Shown here piece after piece: positions 52,389-64,000 of a stretch of 64,000 bases of DNA (its first letter is position 1; every line of letters starts with the position of its first letter). The notes under the pieces are model-generated. The model worked only from the letters and a program-made list of their open reading frames with translations. It did not search any database and was not told the DNA's origin. Origin of the DNA: Octopus sinensis (Eukaryota). The translations under genes were made by a program, and so were the position numbers. Where the stretch lies: contig NC_043002.1 of NCBI RefSeq assembly GCF_006345805.1, positions 25,420,001 through 25,484,000 of the forward strand. The letters run 5' to 3'.

Positions 52389-53705
52389 GAATTGTGTGTC
52401 AGAGAAACACTCTGGAACTTCTGGAGCTCTCACAGTCTCATCCGACCCTCACAATATGGATTTGTCCCTAACTCCAGCTGCAGTGATCAGCTTGTCGAGT
52501 TCCTTGAGGACATTACTCAGATCACTGACAGTGGCTCATGGGTGGATGTTGTCTACCTTGACTTTGCTAAGGCTTTCAACTCTGTGCCACACAAAAGGCT
52601 TATGGTGAAACTCTCTGCAATGGGTGTGAGGGATGACCTTTTTAACTGGTTGAAATCCTTCATTCTCAGCCGAAAGGAGGTAGTCACAATTCTAGGACAG
52701 CATTCTACACCATATGAGATGTCATCGGGTGTACCACAGGGATCTGTCCTTGGTCCCCTCTTGTTTGTGGCATACATTAATGACATAGATGCCAATTTAA
52801 AGAATGCCACAGTATTGAAATATGCAGACGACATCAAGCTGTACCTTGAAATCAAGAGGACAGATCCTGATGTCTACAACTCTTTCCTGCAATCAGACCT
52901 ACACACAATGCAGCAATGGATCACAGACTGGCAACTGAAACTGGCTGTGGACAAGTGTACCACCATGCATTTTGGGAGAAAAAACCCTGCGTCCACATAC
53001 TCCCTCCACAACACTGATATCAAGAAATCCTCTTGCGAGCGTGACCTAGGCATCACTGTCAGCAGTGATTTGCGCGTTGGACAAAGCATATCTCTAAAAT
53101 TGTCAAGAAGGCCGAGGGTGTCTTGGCATCACTCAGCAAGACTTTTGTTAGCCGCTCTCCAGCTATCTATTTAAAACTGTATACAGCTATGGTACGACCA
53201 CACTTGGAATTCACATCATCAGTTTGGAACCCCTATCTTGCTCAGAACATTGACCTCCTGGAATCTGTCCAGGGACGTGCAACCAAACGCATACCCTCCA
53301 TGAGACACCTACCATATTCTGAGCGCCTTGTTACCCTGGGCATGGATTCACTGAAGCTCCGGCATCTGGCGACGGACTTGGTAAACACCCACAAAGTTAT
53401 CAACCACCTCACCAACAACAACACTGAACACCTTTTTGATCTCCATGTGTCTAACACACGTGGACATGCCTACAAAGTCAGAAAACAACACAGCTCCCAT
53501 GACTTTCAGAAACATTTTTTCACACTCAGAGTTGCTGAAGCATGGATAAACTGCCTGCGTCAGTTGTTGACTGCCATGACACTGCATCCTTTAAGGCCCT
53601 CATGCTTTCCGAAATCCGCCAAAACTACACCTGATTATATATACACTTTAGATGAGTTGTAGTTAACCTGAGCACTGTACACAATTATTATTATTATTAT
53701 TATAA
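52389..53705 (+). mobile_element. 5'-truncated CR1-clade LINE (RT domain to 3' (ATT)n tail), one frameshift near 53085
   Basis: Motifs QYGF, YLDFAKAFNSVPH, SGVPQGSVLGPLLF, YADDIK, ERDLGI and RPHLEF..VWNPY, ending in an (ATT)n tail. Approximate TSD gtctgatg (52381-52388) / gtctaatg (53706-53713). Confidence 0.92.
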
Positions 53706-53798
53706 GTCTAATGTAGCCTTCTGTCTAGCCAGCTCCTGTCAAATTGCCCAACCCATGCCAGCGTAGGAGGTGGATGTTAAATAATGATGATATATATA

Positions 53799-53840
<42 letters not shown>

Positions 53841-53841
<1 letters not shown>

Positions 53842-55131
53842 GAGGGGCGTTCAATAAGTAATGCCCCTGACCCACTTCCCATAGCAGTAGAGCAACGAAA
53901 CTTGGCACAGTTATTAGTCTTTTTCTACATAGGAACCACCCAGAGTTATGCATTTCTCCCATCGTTTGATGCGGCTCTGGAGACCGTTTTTGTAGAAGAA
54001 CCCAGGTTGGTCCTCCAACCTCAACGTGACTTCAGAAATCAAGGCTGCATCATCTGGGAAACGCTTTCCTTTCAAAAACAACTTCATGATTGGGAAGAGG
54101 GGAAAATCAGAGGGTGCAAGGTCAGGAGAGTAGGGGGGATGGGGAGGAGTTCATAGCCATACGCCTGTGCTTCTGATCTGGCGACAAGCGAGTTGTGAAC
54201 CGGAGCGTTGTCCTGCAGGAGGAGGATGCCTTTGCTGAACTTGCCCCGCCTCTTGATTTTGATAACTTCTCTTAATTTCCTCAAAAGTGAAGCATAATAG
54301 GCTCCTGCAATTGTGGTACTCTTTGCCAGGAAATCTGTCATCACTACTCCGTCCTGGTCCCAGAAGACTGTGAGCATGACCTTGCCAGCGGAGAGCTGCA
54401 CCCTTGCCTTCTTTGGAGGGGGTGAGTCACGGTGCTTCCACTGCATTGACTGGGCTTTGGTCTCTGGATCATCGTGATGGACCCAGGTTTCATCCTGTGT
54501 AATCAGTCTTTTGAAAAATTTTGACTCGTCTTCTTGGCACATCTCCAAATTCACCCTCGAGCACTTGACGCGTTCTTGCTTCTGGAAAGGCGTGAGCAAC
54601 CTGGGAATCCATCTGGCAGACACCTTTTGCATATGCAAATGGTCATGAATGATAGTTTCCACAGACCCGGTACTAATCTTGACCTCATGGGCTATTTGGC
54701 GAATAATTATGCGTTGATCTTCCAAAATGGCAGCCTCAACTTGACGGACAGATGCCTCATCAATGGCAGAAGGGGGCGACCAGATCTGGGAGCTGTTTCC
54801 ACAGAGTTCCGACCATGTTTGAATTCACGATGCCAGCGTTTTACAAGGTCATATGATGGGGCATCATCACCATAAGTTACTTTCATTTCATCAAAAGTCT
54901 CCCGTGGTGTGCGTCCATTCAAATATAAAAACCGGATCACTGCTCGACACTCAACAGGCTCCATTTCACACTTGACTCGGTTCAAACACCTGTAAATCAG
55001 AAACCACAATTAATTCAGAGCTGTAATTTGCCACTTACTCTATAGAGATATAAATGATTGCACATGCAAAATTTCAGCTAGATCAAACAACTGCAAGTGG
55101 GTCAGAGGCATTACTTATTGAACGTCCCTCG
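53841..55131 (-). mobile_element. Full-length (1,291 bp) mariner DNA transposon, D,D34D, irritans-like
   Basis: 37-bp TIRs cgaggggcgttcaataagtaatgcccctgacccactt, with 2 mismatches between the ends. TA flanks both ends (53839-53840, 55132-55133). A transposase is encoded on the - strand. Confidence 0.95.
53914..54964 (-). pseudogene. Mariner transposase with two 1-nt frameshifts and no premature stops
   Basis: MEPVECRAVIRFL... HTH region, WIPRLL (WVPHEL-like), TQDETW, QDNAPVH and YSPDLAPSD. There are 34 residues between the second and third Asp once the frame is restored. Confidence 0.9.
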
Positions 55132-56828
55132 TATATATCATCATCATCATCATCATCATCATTTAACGTCCGCTTTCCATGCTAGCATGGGTTGGACGGT
55201 TCAACTGGGGTCTGGCAAGCCCGAAGGCTGCACCATGCCAGTCAGATCTGGCAGTGTTTCTACAGCTGGATGCCCTTCCTATATATATAATCTGATGGGT
55301 TCTTTCAGTTTCCTTCTACCAAATTCACTTTGCTGTTCCCTCTTTGGCTCTGGTTGAGGACACTTGTCCAAGGTACTCTGTATTGAGCTGAACTCAAACC
55401 ACAGTTGTAAAGTGAACATTTAATCTTACCACCAAGCCTGTGCTCAACAGTTAAAATTTGTGTCATGCAGTAAATGTAGGCTACTAAGAAGTAGAAAAAA
55501 CAGCTTGTCATTATTTTTTAGTTCCAGGTCCGCCTTGACTTAAAATGAAAAACATTCCAACTACGAACATTCTTTCTCTGTTTAGGCTTCACATGTATCC
55601 TTATTTTTTCCCCAAAGATTATAAGGTGTGGTTTAAAAGGTATTTTGTTCTACTACTTTTAATGTGTTGAGTGACCATGTAGAGGGAGGCATCCTTACTG
55701 TGTTGTGTAGCTTGTCAGAATCAACACTAGATACTTCTCTTATTTATACCCCCAGTCTGCAAGGCCTGGATCTCAGTAATGTTGTTTTAGTTTGTAGTAG
55801 TATTTTTATATTCTAATACTTTGTTCCAATTATACTAAAACCAGCTCTTTACACACATGTAAGCATATTATACACTGCAAGGGTGCAGAATGACAAATTG
55901 ATTGGGTAACTGTCAGTCAGTACAAGCATCAGTGGTTTATATCCTGTTTCAACGAGTACAATCACTGGTTCACTCTATTGATAAGAGTCTCTGTACCCCA
56001 GTGTTACAGATATGTTTTTCAAGTAGAGGTATATAATGCAATTATATGTATGTGTGTATGTACATACGTATGTGTACATGTGTATGTATGCATGTGCAGG
56101 GACGTGAAAATACCTGAACTGGTGTCCAGGTGCGGGGCTGGCCCACTGGGAGTGGGAGGCCCCTCTGTTGTTGTCACAACATCTCTCTAGGAGATGGAAA
56201 CTCTGAGAGAAATCCTGTGACACTGGCAATACTTGGTGATGAAGGCTAGTTCTTTTTGAGTTTATGTTGTCCGTGTTCAAAGAGTGGGATTGTATTTGTG
56301 CAAATCCTTTCCCCACTATAAAAAATCATCATGCCTGGGCATCTCTTGAAAAAAAAAAAAAAGTAAGACCTATCACAAAAATGGCTGGTTGTAGCCTTCA
56401 CATGTCTGGGACTTTTTGATCAGACGGTGGCAAAACTCAAACACAAGTTTGCAGCCATCATGTACATGCAGGGTGTGTCAGCTTTTTGAGAACAAAATTT
56501 TAATCTAAGGAAAACAAAAATACTTATTAAGAAAAACCAATATATTTTTGTAGAATTTGATACACTTGTTTATGCATGCATATTGCAATAGGCTACTCAA
56601 TAAAACCACCACCACCACCAGCCTTGATTACTACCTCAACATGGCTGCTGAAATTATTAAATGCGTCGATCTGATGATCTTTATTCATGTTGGCCGTATC
56701 ATCCCCAATAGCAAACATTGCAAAGCAGCTGTGATTTACTATCATTTGTAATCTTCTCAAGATGTCCATTATTTTCTAAGAAACCTTCCCTCCTCATTCC
56801 TAATTTTTTTACTCTCTCTATTCAACAG

Positions 56829-56896
56829 CGTTTTCCGAAAGAGCCGGGAAGATCTTATTCAAGAAATAATCTTGGTCGATGATTTCAGTGATGATC
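56829..56896 (+). CDS. GALNT2: GALNT2-like coding exon, 68 nt: (S)VFRKSREDLIQEIILVDDFSDD(P)
   Basis: Acceptor ctctctctattcaacag| and donor |gtaagt. Contains the EIILVDDFS GT-A motif. Phases are compatible with both neighbouring exons. Confidence 0.95.
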
Positions 56897-57072
56897 GTAA
56901 GTATTTTCCACCATCCATTTTATAGTTGTTGCCACAGTAGTGGCTCATATGTGAACTCCTGGAAGAGTGATTGATAAGGTGCTGAACTATCATCTGAAGA
57001 GTCAGCTGTTCGTAATATTTCTCTGTGATTGCACTGTGTTCTTGGTCAAAACTCTACAAGATATACCTACCT

Positions 57073-57114
<42 letters not shown>

Positions 57115-58388
57115 TTATTTATTTATTTAAGACATGGTGGCAGTGCTGATACGAATTGTGGTGGTTTTGTATTGACTTCCACTTTTCCTGTGGGAAAGTT
57201 ATGCACTGTAAACCCGTGTCCTATCCCGAGGGAAGTGTTGCTCTAATCCACTTAACTCTACTTAAACTTGAAATAAGCATCAGCCCAGTAGACATCAGAA
57301 GACTGGAGAAGAGAGCAACTTTCGTTTTTTAACATTTTACTGGGAACTGCATTGTCCTTAGTCTTCTCAAGTGTTCTTTTGTGATATTTGATAGCTGGGA
57401 TTTGTAGTCAAGGTCACTCTAAACTGTTTCTAAGTTTTTGAATGAATTTTCTGTCTTGTTAATGGAACTGATAATTTGTGTTTCAACTGAGTGTTGTTTT
57501 GTGCGTTACTTTGAAGTACACGACTGACTGATTCTTTGATCCTTTTGACATTTAAGCTTTTCATTAGTTGGCTAATTTGTTAACCCTTTTGGTTGTCATG
57601 ACAGAGGAATAAACAAGGTAATTTGACATGTCTAGCCAGATTTTGACAGTCCCCACATTGCTGACATAATTTTCAAACTGGTAAAAAGAGTAAATTTCCT
57701 TACCTTTGTATGCTTGTATTGTGACAAGCAAAAAATACCAAGAAGGTTAGCAAACGTATCAATGAAGTTTATATTATTCTGTTCATTGCTCACTGTTCTA
57801 GGGGTTCAGATTTTTCCATTATACTTGTAAAAGCATCAGTGTTCTGATAACCATTAAATGAGAAGAGGAATAGAGGGATATATATCATGCAAAACCTTGT
57901 GAAGCACATTCAGTGATTATCTGTTGAACTGGCTTCAGTGAGAGAATTAAGCTGGAACATTACTGCCAATGTGGAAAAATTCATTAACTGACATCACTAG
58001 AATGTCTAACACTGGAGGATCTACGTCTCTGTCAAAACCAAGGAAAGAGGAATATAGTGACTGTGGTTCTCACTCATACTGAGTTTAGTGTAGCCAATTG
58101 TTTACAGTGTTGTTTGATGGTAATTTTCATTTATGATAATGCCCAGCTCTATTAGGGTGCCACTTGTATTATTGTGTTGATCCTCATAATAACCACTACT
58201 AAAAAAGTTTCATTTCACCTATAGTATTCACTATTATAGAACCCATCTTCCTTATAATCTATAGCAAAATGTTTTCAGTACCCATTACTACTATATATAT
58301 ATATTGCGTGTATGGTGGGTGGGGGCATACATGTATGCACATTCGTGGACATACAAACATATACATGTTACTGTCATTATATTTTCAG

Positions 58389-58454
58389 CTGCTGATGGAG
58401 AAGAATTGCTAAAAATCCAGAAAGTGAAAGTTCTTCGCAATGATAGAAGAGAAG
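58389..58454 (+). CDS. GALNT2: GALNT2-like coding exon, 66 nt: (P)ADGEELLKIQKVKVLRNDRRE(G)
   Basis: Acceptor atattttcag| and donor |gtaagg. KVKVLRNDRREG matches the GALNT2 segment as I recall it. Junction codons are C|CT and G|GT. Confidence 0.95.
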
Positions 58455-59799
58455 GTAAGGCTGTCATTGTGTAAAGTTGCTTATCAGATTAAGAGATAAA
58501 GAGATAGACAAATGGGTAAAGAAAGAGAGTGAGAGGTGGGAAGAGTGTATGTATGAGGGTAGTACATTATAATATATTAATGTATTATTTTGGTAGGATG
58601 CTGGAGTGAATGATTCATTAGAAAAGCATACAAAATAAAATGCCTTTTCAGTATTTAGTTATTTCCCCTTTTACTCTTTGCTGGGTTCATTCTAGGGTCT
58701 GTTTGTGACATAAACGTATAATAGTATAAAGTGTGGATGGTAACATAGTTGATCTAGTAACCCTACAAATTTGAACTAATTAAAATAACCTCTTTAATGA
58801 TGACAACAATCATTATGGTTAATGAGGAAATAAATCAGATCAGGAAAGATAGAGGAGACAGCCTTGAAATTTTAATAAATAAAAATTAAATATGGAACCT
58901 AGTGTGGAATGATATTCAGTCTGATATTTAGCTGTACAGTGACAACTCTGGGAATGTTTCTATCTTACTAGACCTCATCAGAATAGCTTGAATGACTATT
59001 TCTTCAAGATGTTAGAATAGTCTGTGAGATGTAAGGTTTTTTGTGAATGAAAACTACATAGTGAAATAACTTAGAAAAATTACTGTGAGAAAAATTACCC
59101 AGGGATACCTGTATAAAAACTTAACAGTATGGTGAACACTTGTATGTTTGGTATAGTAAACCAAAAAGGTTTTATTAATTAAAATCATATGTTTAATGAT
59201 GTGATCAATCATGATGTAGATAACTAATTTGAATATTTTAAATTTTACTTATTTTAATTAAAATATCTCAAATCACATTCCACAAACCTAAAAATGGAAT
59301 TGTTAGCTGAGGTAATGTAGTTTTAGATACTACAAAACATGTGGAGTGGCCATGACTGGACTGCCTTTGATTACTGGTCTGCTCAATCAGAGTCATCTTG
59401 GTGCTAAACAACAAAAATAACATTGAGAGCATAAACAATGTTACAAACTAACTAGGAAGCCTCTATGGTAGGGGTTGGGGAACTTTTTTAATCAGTCACT
59501 CCAAAATATATTTATTTACGCTGATGTTACCCACTTGATTTGAAAGGAAGAAAATCATAGATTCTTTGAATTCAAAAGATTTATTGAGTCTATTTTAATG
59601 AATCTATTTATACGAATCTATTTACACATCTATTACATTGGACAGATGCAGTGTTGCCGGAAGAAAAATTTCTGTTGTAACAAGGAGCACGTTTTTTTTA
59701 TGTAATTTTGCTTATGTCTAATGAGTCCTCATTACCCCCAAGAATTTTATTTTTACCCCACTTGTGGTATTTTACCCCATTCACTAACCCCTGCTCTAT

Positions 59800-60000
59800 G
59801 GGATTGCTAGGACTTTTGGAAATAACAGCCAAATCTCTCCTAAATCACAACCAACTTTAAAAACAAGGACATATTTGATAATGTGATGCTAGATAGAATA
59901 GATTACCTGAAAAAGAAAATTATGATAATAATAACTAGAACACTTTTTGATCAATTAGGATTGACTGGGGGCTACACAACAACAACAACAACATCAACAG
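59800..60000 (+). repeat. Dispersed SINE-like repeat ending in (AAC)n; copies near 19600, 19900, 22315, 41860(-), 43310(-), 48730, 59270, 61730
   Basis: Recurrent gctagaaatagcagccaaatctc..aaatcaca and ..ggggctaaacaacaac ends. I did not identify a 5' head. Confidence 0.55.
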
Positions 60001-60102
60001 TTTGCAATATTAATTGAAATTTGATTTTTTATATCTTTTTAAAAAATATTTGTTAACTTTTCCTCAACTCTAATTTTGTCTTTAATATTGTTCCTGTTGC
60101 AG

Positions 60103-60224
60103 GTCTAATGCGGTCTAGGGTACGAGGAGCCGATGCGTCAACTGCTAAAATTCTGACATTTCTTGACAGCCATTGTGAATGTAACACAAATTGGTTAGAA
60201 CCCTTGCTGGAGAGAGTAGCAGAG
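60103..60224 (+). CDS. GALNT2: GALNT2-like coding exon, 122 nt: (G)[40 protein letters not shown]
   Basis: Acceptor ttcctgttgcag| and donor |gtaatt. Contains [10 protein letters not shown] and the Mn2+-binding DxH motif (TFLDSHCE), followed by WLEPLL. Confidence 0.96.
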
Positions 60225-61877
60225 GTAATTAGATATTGTTTAAAATTAAAATTGTAATTATTAAAGTTCGTTTCAGTATGTTATTGTTTAAGAGGTTGAT
60301 ATTTTAGAAATGGCCTATGGCTTTCTGAATAATACACTTTATTTCGAATAAAAGAGAAAAAAAAAATTACTTGGTGAAAAATATTCTTTTCTAAAGAAAC
60401 ATTAGAATTTACATTTCCTCACAGCTCACAGACAAATTCAATTCGATGAAATTTATTTATTGATTTTTTTCCTTTGCTCATAAAGATCAACACTAATTTT
60501 AGTTTCTCTGTCTCTATTTGTATCCAGGCAGGTCTGTTTAAAAAATAAACACACACACACACACACACATGCATGCATGTGTATGCTGGGTTTCTTTTCA
60601 GTTTATTTCTTCCAAATTCACTCATAAAGTTGTGGTCAGCCAGCTGCACATGTTGTGGTCAACCAGCTGCACATGGTTAGGAAGTTAACTTCTTAACCAC
60701 TCAGCTTGCTCCTATAATATATTTATATAAAAAATAAATGGACTCTGTTGGTTTCACTGATAAGTATTTTGTTGTTTAATCAAATGAACTGCTTGCTTAT
60801 TGAATGAAGATGTGGCTGAACATTCCACAGACATATGTCATTTATTCATTAATTCCTTCAATTCTATGTGGAGCACAGGGTGCCAGCAAGAGATTTCCTT
60901 CTGTCTTGATTTTTTTTGTAGTGGTTTACAGTTGTTCCTGGATGTAGCTGCCTGCCAGTGCTTCAGCCAACTCCTTCAATGTGTGGTGCAATGTCCTCTT
61001 CATGTCCTTACTAGAGTAGAGTTTCCCCTTGTACCCTGGTACATTGTCCTGACTTCAGCTACATTCTCTCACAAAGAACTAGTTCTGTGAACATGTAAAG
61101 TTTCAGCTCAGCAGTAATTGGATCTGATTTTCTTGTTTTGAACATGGTCATAGCATTCCTTGTTCCCAGCTGTGTGGTTGTCCTAGGTGAGAGAAGGTTG
61201 TTACACATAATAGCTTCCTTTTGGCTTTCACTATGTTACTTCATATAGTCTCTGAGGACTACCGTCCCCTTTACCAGGACTGATTTCATATGTTCTCTTG
61301 TTGAGCTTCCATAGCAATGTGGATATACATTGTATATACTTCTAACTGATTATTTTGAATTCATTTCGGAAGTGGGGCAATTACACAACACCAATGAGCA
61401 GCAAGAACTGCCAAATATCTGTTATTCTTGTTCACTTCCTGGGAGGTTTTGTTTCACCTAGCTCTAAAGTATATTGTGTTTTTTAACACTATATGTCTTT
61501 AAAAGGAACTTCCTTAAATGAAATACTGCTGCTACAAGCATTTAACATTACACATACATTGTGTGATATTGATAATGTTGATATTATTGAGCTGCTTCTA
61601 ACACAAAATTTGAATATCCACTTGTATTTTATTAAAATGTTATTAAATATTAAAAAAGTGAAAGAGAGTGAAAGTGAGCTGATCAATAAAACAAACGAAC
61701 AAACAAGTCAATAAGAGAACATGCATGTGGCCTTTTGGCCTTTTAGAAATAGCAGCAATATCTCTCTTCAATCAAACACTCTACTGTCTTTAAAATAGGA
61801 GAATTCATTGGGTAGTGTACTCCCAGATATACTGTGTCTGAAAAAGGAAGGATACATTGGATGATATAGTTCTAGAT

Positions 61878-62162
61878 CAGTGATTCCCAAGCTTTTTCAG
61901 GCTGCTGCCCCCTTGGCACCCAGATCACATTTCTAAGTCCCCCCCCCTCCAACCACTGTCACAAACATAGACCACTTTCTGCTACAAATTCAAAACAACT
62001 GTATTTCACAAATAAAACTCTACCTAATCAACCCTTTTTTTTTTTTTTTACCAACATCGCTCCGTTTTAGCTACCCCATTATCACCTCACTTTTCTTCAA
62101 TACCACCCCACATCTTTCCATCATCCTCAAGGAGGCAATACCACCCACTTTGAGAACCTCTG
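61878..62162. mobile_element. hAT (Charlie-like) MITE
   Basis: Ends cagtgattcccaa.. / ..tttgagaacctctg. The left flank ttctagat fits the NTCTAGAN target; the right flank is degenerate. Confidence 0.5.
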
Positions 62163-63093
62163 TTAGAAACTGTAGTTCCCATGTCTGAAAAAATAATGGA
62201 AACATTGGACAATATACACTGTGTTAGAAATAAAGGACATGAAAACTAGTATAGTCCTACATAAACTGAAAATTATGTCAAAATTTTCAAATTTGGTATT
62301 TTCCATGTAAAATCCGATTTTGTTATTTATTTGTTCCAGAGAAATTACAGAAAATGTTACTGAAGTTTAAAGTTTAATCATTTTTACCTTAGAAGACAGG
62401 ATTTGGAAGTTGGTATTTTTTGCATGATAGCTATCTATCACAAAATGGAAGCAAAATCATTAGGAGGAGGAATTTTTCTTAAACAAAAGCAAAGCATTAC
62501 TATGACCAAAGTTGTAAGAACTTCTGAAGTTTTAATAACTTTTAATGAATAAAGTCATGTGAAACATTTGAACAGACAGGGAAGGCATGGTCTGACAAGG
62601 AATAAACAAAAATTTATATATGACGGGCTATTCAGGTAGTATATATATATAGATATATATATATATATATAGTAACAGTGTAACAATGGTTGACTGACAC
62701 ATTTCAAGTCTTGTATATGTTCACATTATGTTTTTACTATTGTTAGTAGCAACAACAGGTTTTTATAAAATAGTGCATACATATATGTATATTTTCATGT
62801 TCCTGTGCTTGTGTGTACATTGCTTTAAATCTGGTGATATTTTGTATCCCTTTCTTTCTTGTAATTTAGCAGTTAGATAAATAGCAATAGAAAAATGTAT
62901 ACTAAGCTGAGATAAGTATCAATGTGAATTTGATCATAGCTGTGTAGTTATGAAGGTTTGCTTTGCAATTACCTGTTTTCAAGTTCAGTCTCACTATGTG
63001 GCACCTTGGGCAAGAGTCTCCTACTATAACCTTGGGCCAACCAATACCTTGTGAGTGAATTTGGTAGGCAGAAAGTGTGTGGAAGCCTGTCAG

Positions 63094-63137
<44 letters not shown>

Positions 63138-63203
63138 AGGGTAAAATCATAAATGAGTTTTACCAAGTAGTCAGCATGAAAATAAAACCTCGTAGGTAAA
63201 TTA

Positions 63204-63461
63204 ATATAAATATTTTATAATTATATACATAATTATAACAAAGGCTTGGCTTGCGCCTCACCACGCACTGAAAAATAGACGTCAAAAAACACCATTGCCA
63301 CCATAAATTCTCCGAGAAAAACACACTACACATAGGCCATGTGTTTTTCTCAGAGAATTTATGGTGGTAGTAGTGTCTTTTGACATCTATTTTTCAGTGC
63401 GTGGTGAGGTGCAAGCCAAGCCCTTATTATAATTATGTATATAATTATAAAATATTTATAT
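63204..63461. repeat. Long foldback: 122-bp arms and a 14-nt loop
   Basis: 63204-63325 versus the reverse complement of 63340-63461 gives 113/122 identity with no gaps. Confidence 0.95.
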
Positions 63462-64000
63462 ATGTGTGTGTGTAATTGTATGTTTTTGTGTTTGTCCTCT
63501 CCACCACTTCACAACTAATGTTGGTTTGTTTACATCCCTGTAACTTGGTGGTTTGGCAAAAGTGACTGACAGAATAAGTACCAGACTTTAAAAAATGCTC
63601 TTGCATTGATTTGTCTAAGCATGGTCATGGTTCATTGATGAAAATCAGTAATGAAATAGAAAATTACCTTGTTTGTTTTTGGGATATGTTACTTAGTGCT
63701 TCTAAGTTGTTTATAAAAAAATGTCCTCATATATGTGTGAGAAAATGGACGTTAAAAGATGATGATGATCATTATCATCGTTGTTTAACATCCACGTTCC
63801 ATGCTGGCATGGATTGTATGGCTTGACTGAGAACTGGCTAGCTGGGAGGCTATACCAGGCTCCAATCTGATTTGGCATGGTTTCTACAGTTGGATGCCCT
63901 TCCTAATGCCAACCACTCTGAGTGTATAGTGGGTGCTTTTATGTGCTACTGGGGCGGGAGCCAGTTAGGAGGCACTGGCATTGGCCACGCTTGAATGGTA

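Larger units (their letters stand above)
6704..56828 (+). other. 50,125-nt GT-AG intron of the GALNT2-like gene
   Basis: Lies between two exons that join in frame (ATA AG|C GTT TTC, ..TVISVFRKS..). I found no GALNT-like coding sequence in between. Confidence 0.85.

Noticed and set aside
56093-56310. GC-richer segment, possibly a LINE fragment
   Set aside because: I recognised no diagnostic motif in any frame, so I left it unannotated.
60880-61400. Possible very old RTE C-terminal remnant on the - strand
   Set aside because: It is too degenerate to assign motifs without a profile search.
1645-63090. Apparent excess of family-1 SINEs antisense to the host gene (roughly 2:1 by eye)
   Set aside because: The count is small and rough, fragments are not independent, and I cannot show significance without proper annotation.

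Overview
AT-rich, repeat-dense eukaryotic genomic DNA, most likely from an octopod cephalopod. The species call is my inference from the repeat families. The only host gene I can support is a polypeptide N-acetylgalactosaminyltransferase closest to GALNT2 on the + strand. Four coding exons (6605-6703, 56829-56896, 58389-58454, 60103-60224) splice in frame and encode part of the GT-A catalytic domain including the DxH motif; the gene's start and end lie outside the window. A 50,125-nt intron (6704-56828) holds tRNA-derived SINEs, RTE/CR1/Tx1 LINE remnants, MITEs, foldbacks and microsatellites, plus a full-length mariner whose transposase is broken only by two 1-nt homopolymer deletions. I found no rRNA genes, real tRNA genes or CRISPR arrays. 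The most unusual signals are (i) three Penelope-type minimal hammerhead ribozyme motifs, one at the tail of an element with a tRNA-type Pol III head, (ii) an unclassified 650-bp TIR element with TG..CA ends and a 6-bp target duplication, (iii) several long intronic hairpins, and (iv) a 72-nt in-frame candidate cassette exon. Repeat boundaries are approximate unless TSD/TIR positions are given, and all counts were made by eye.
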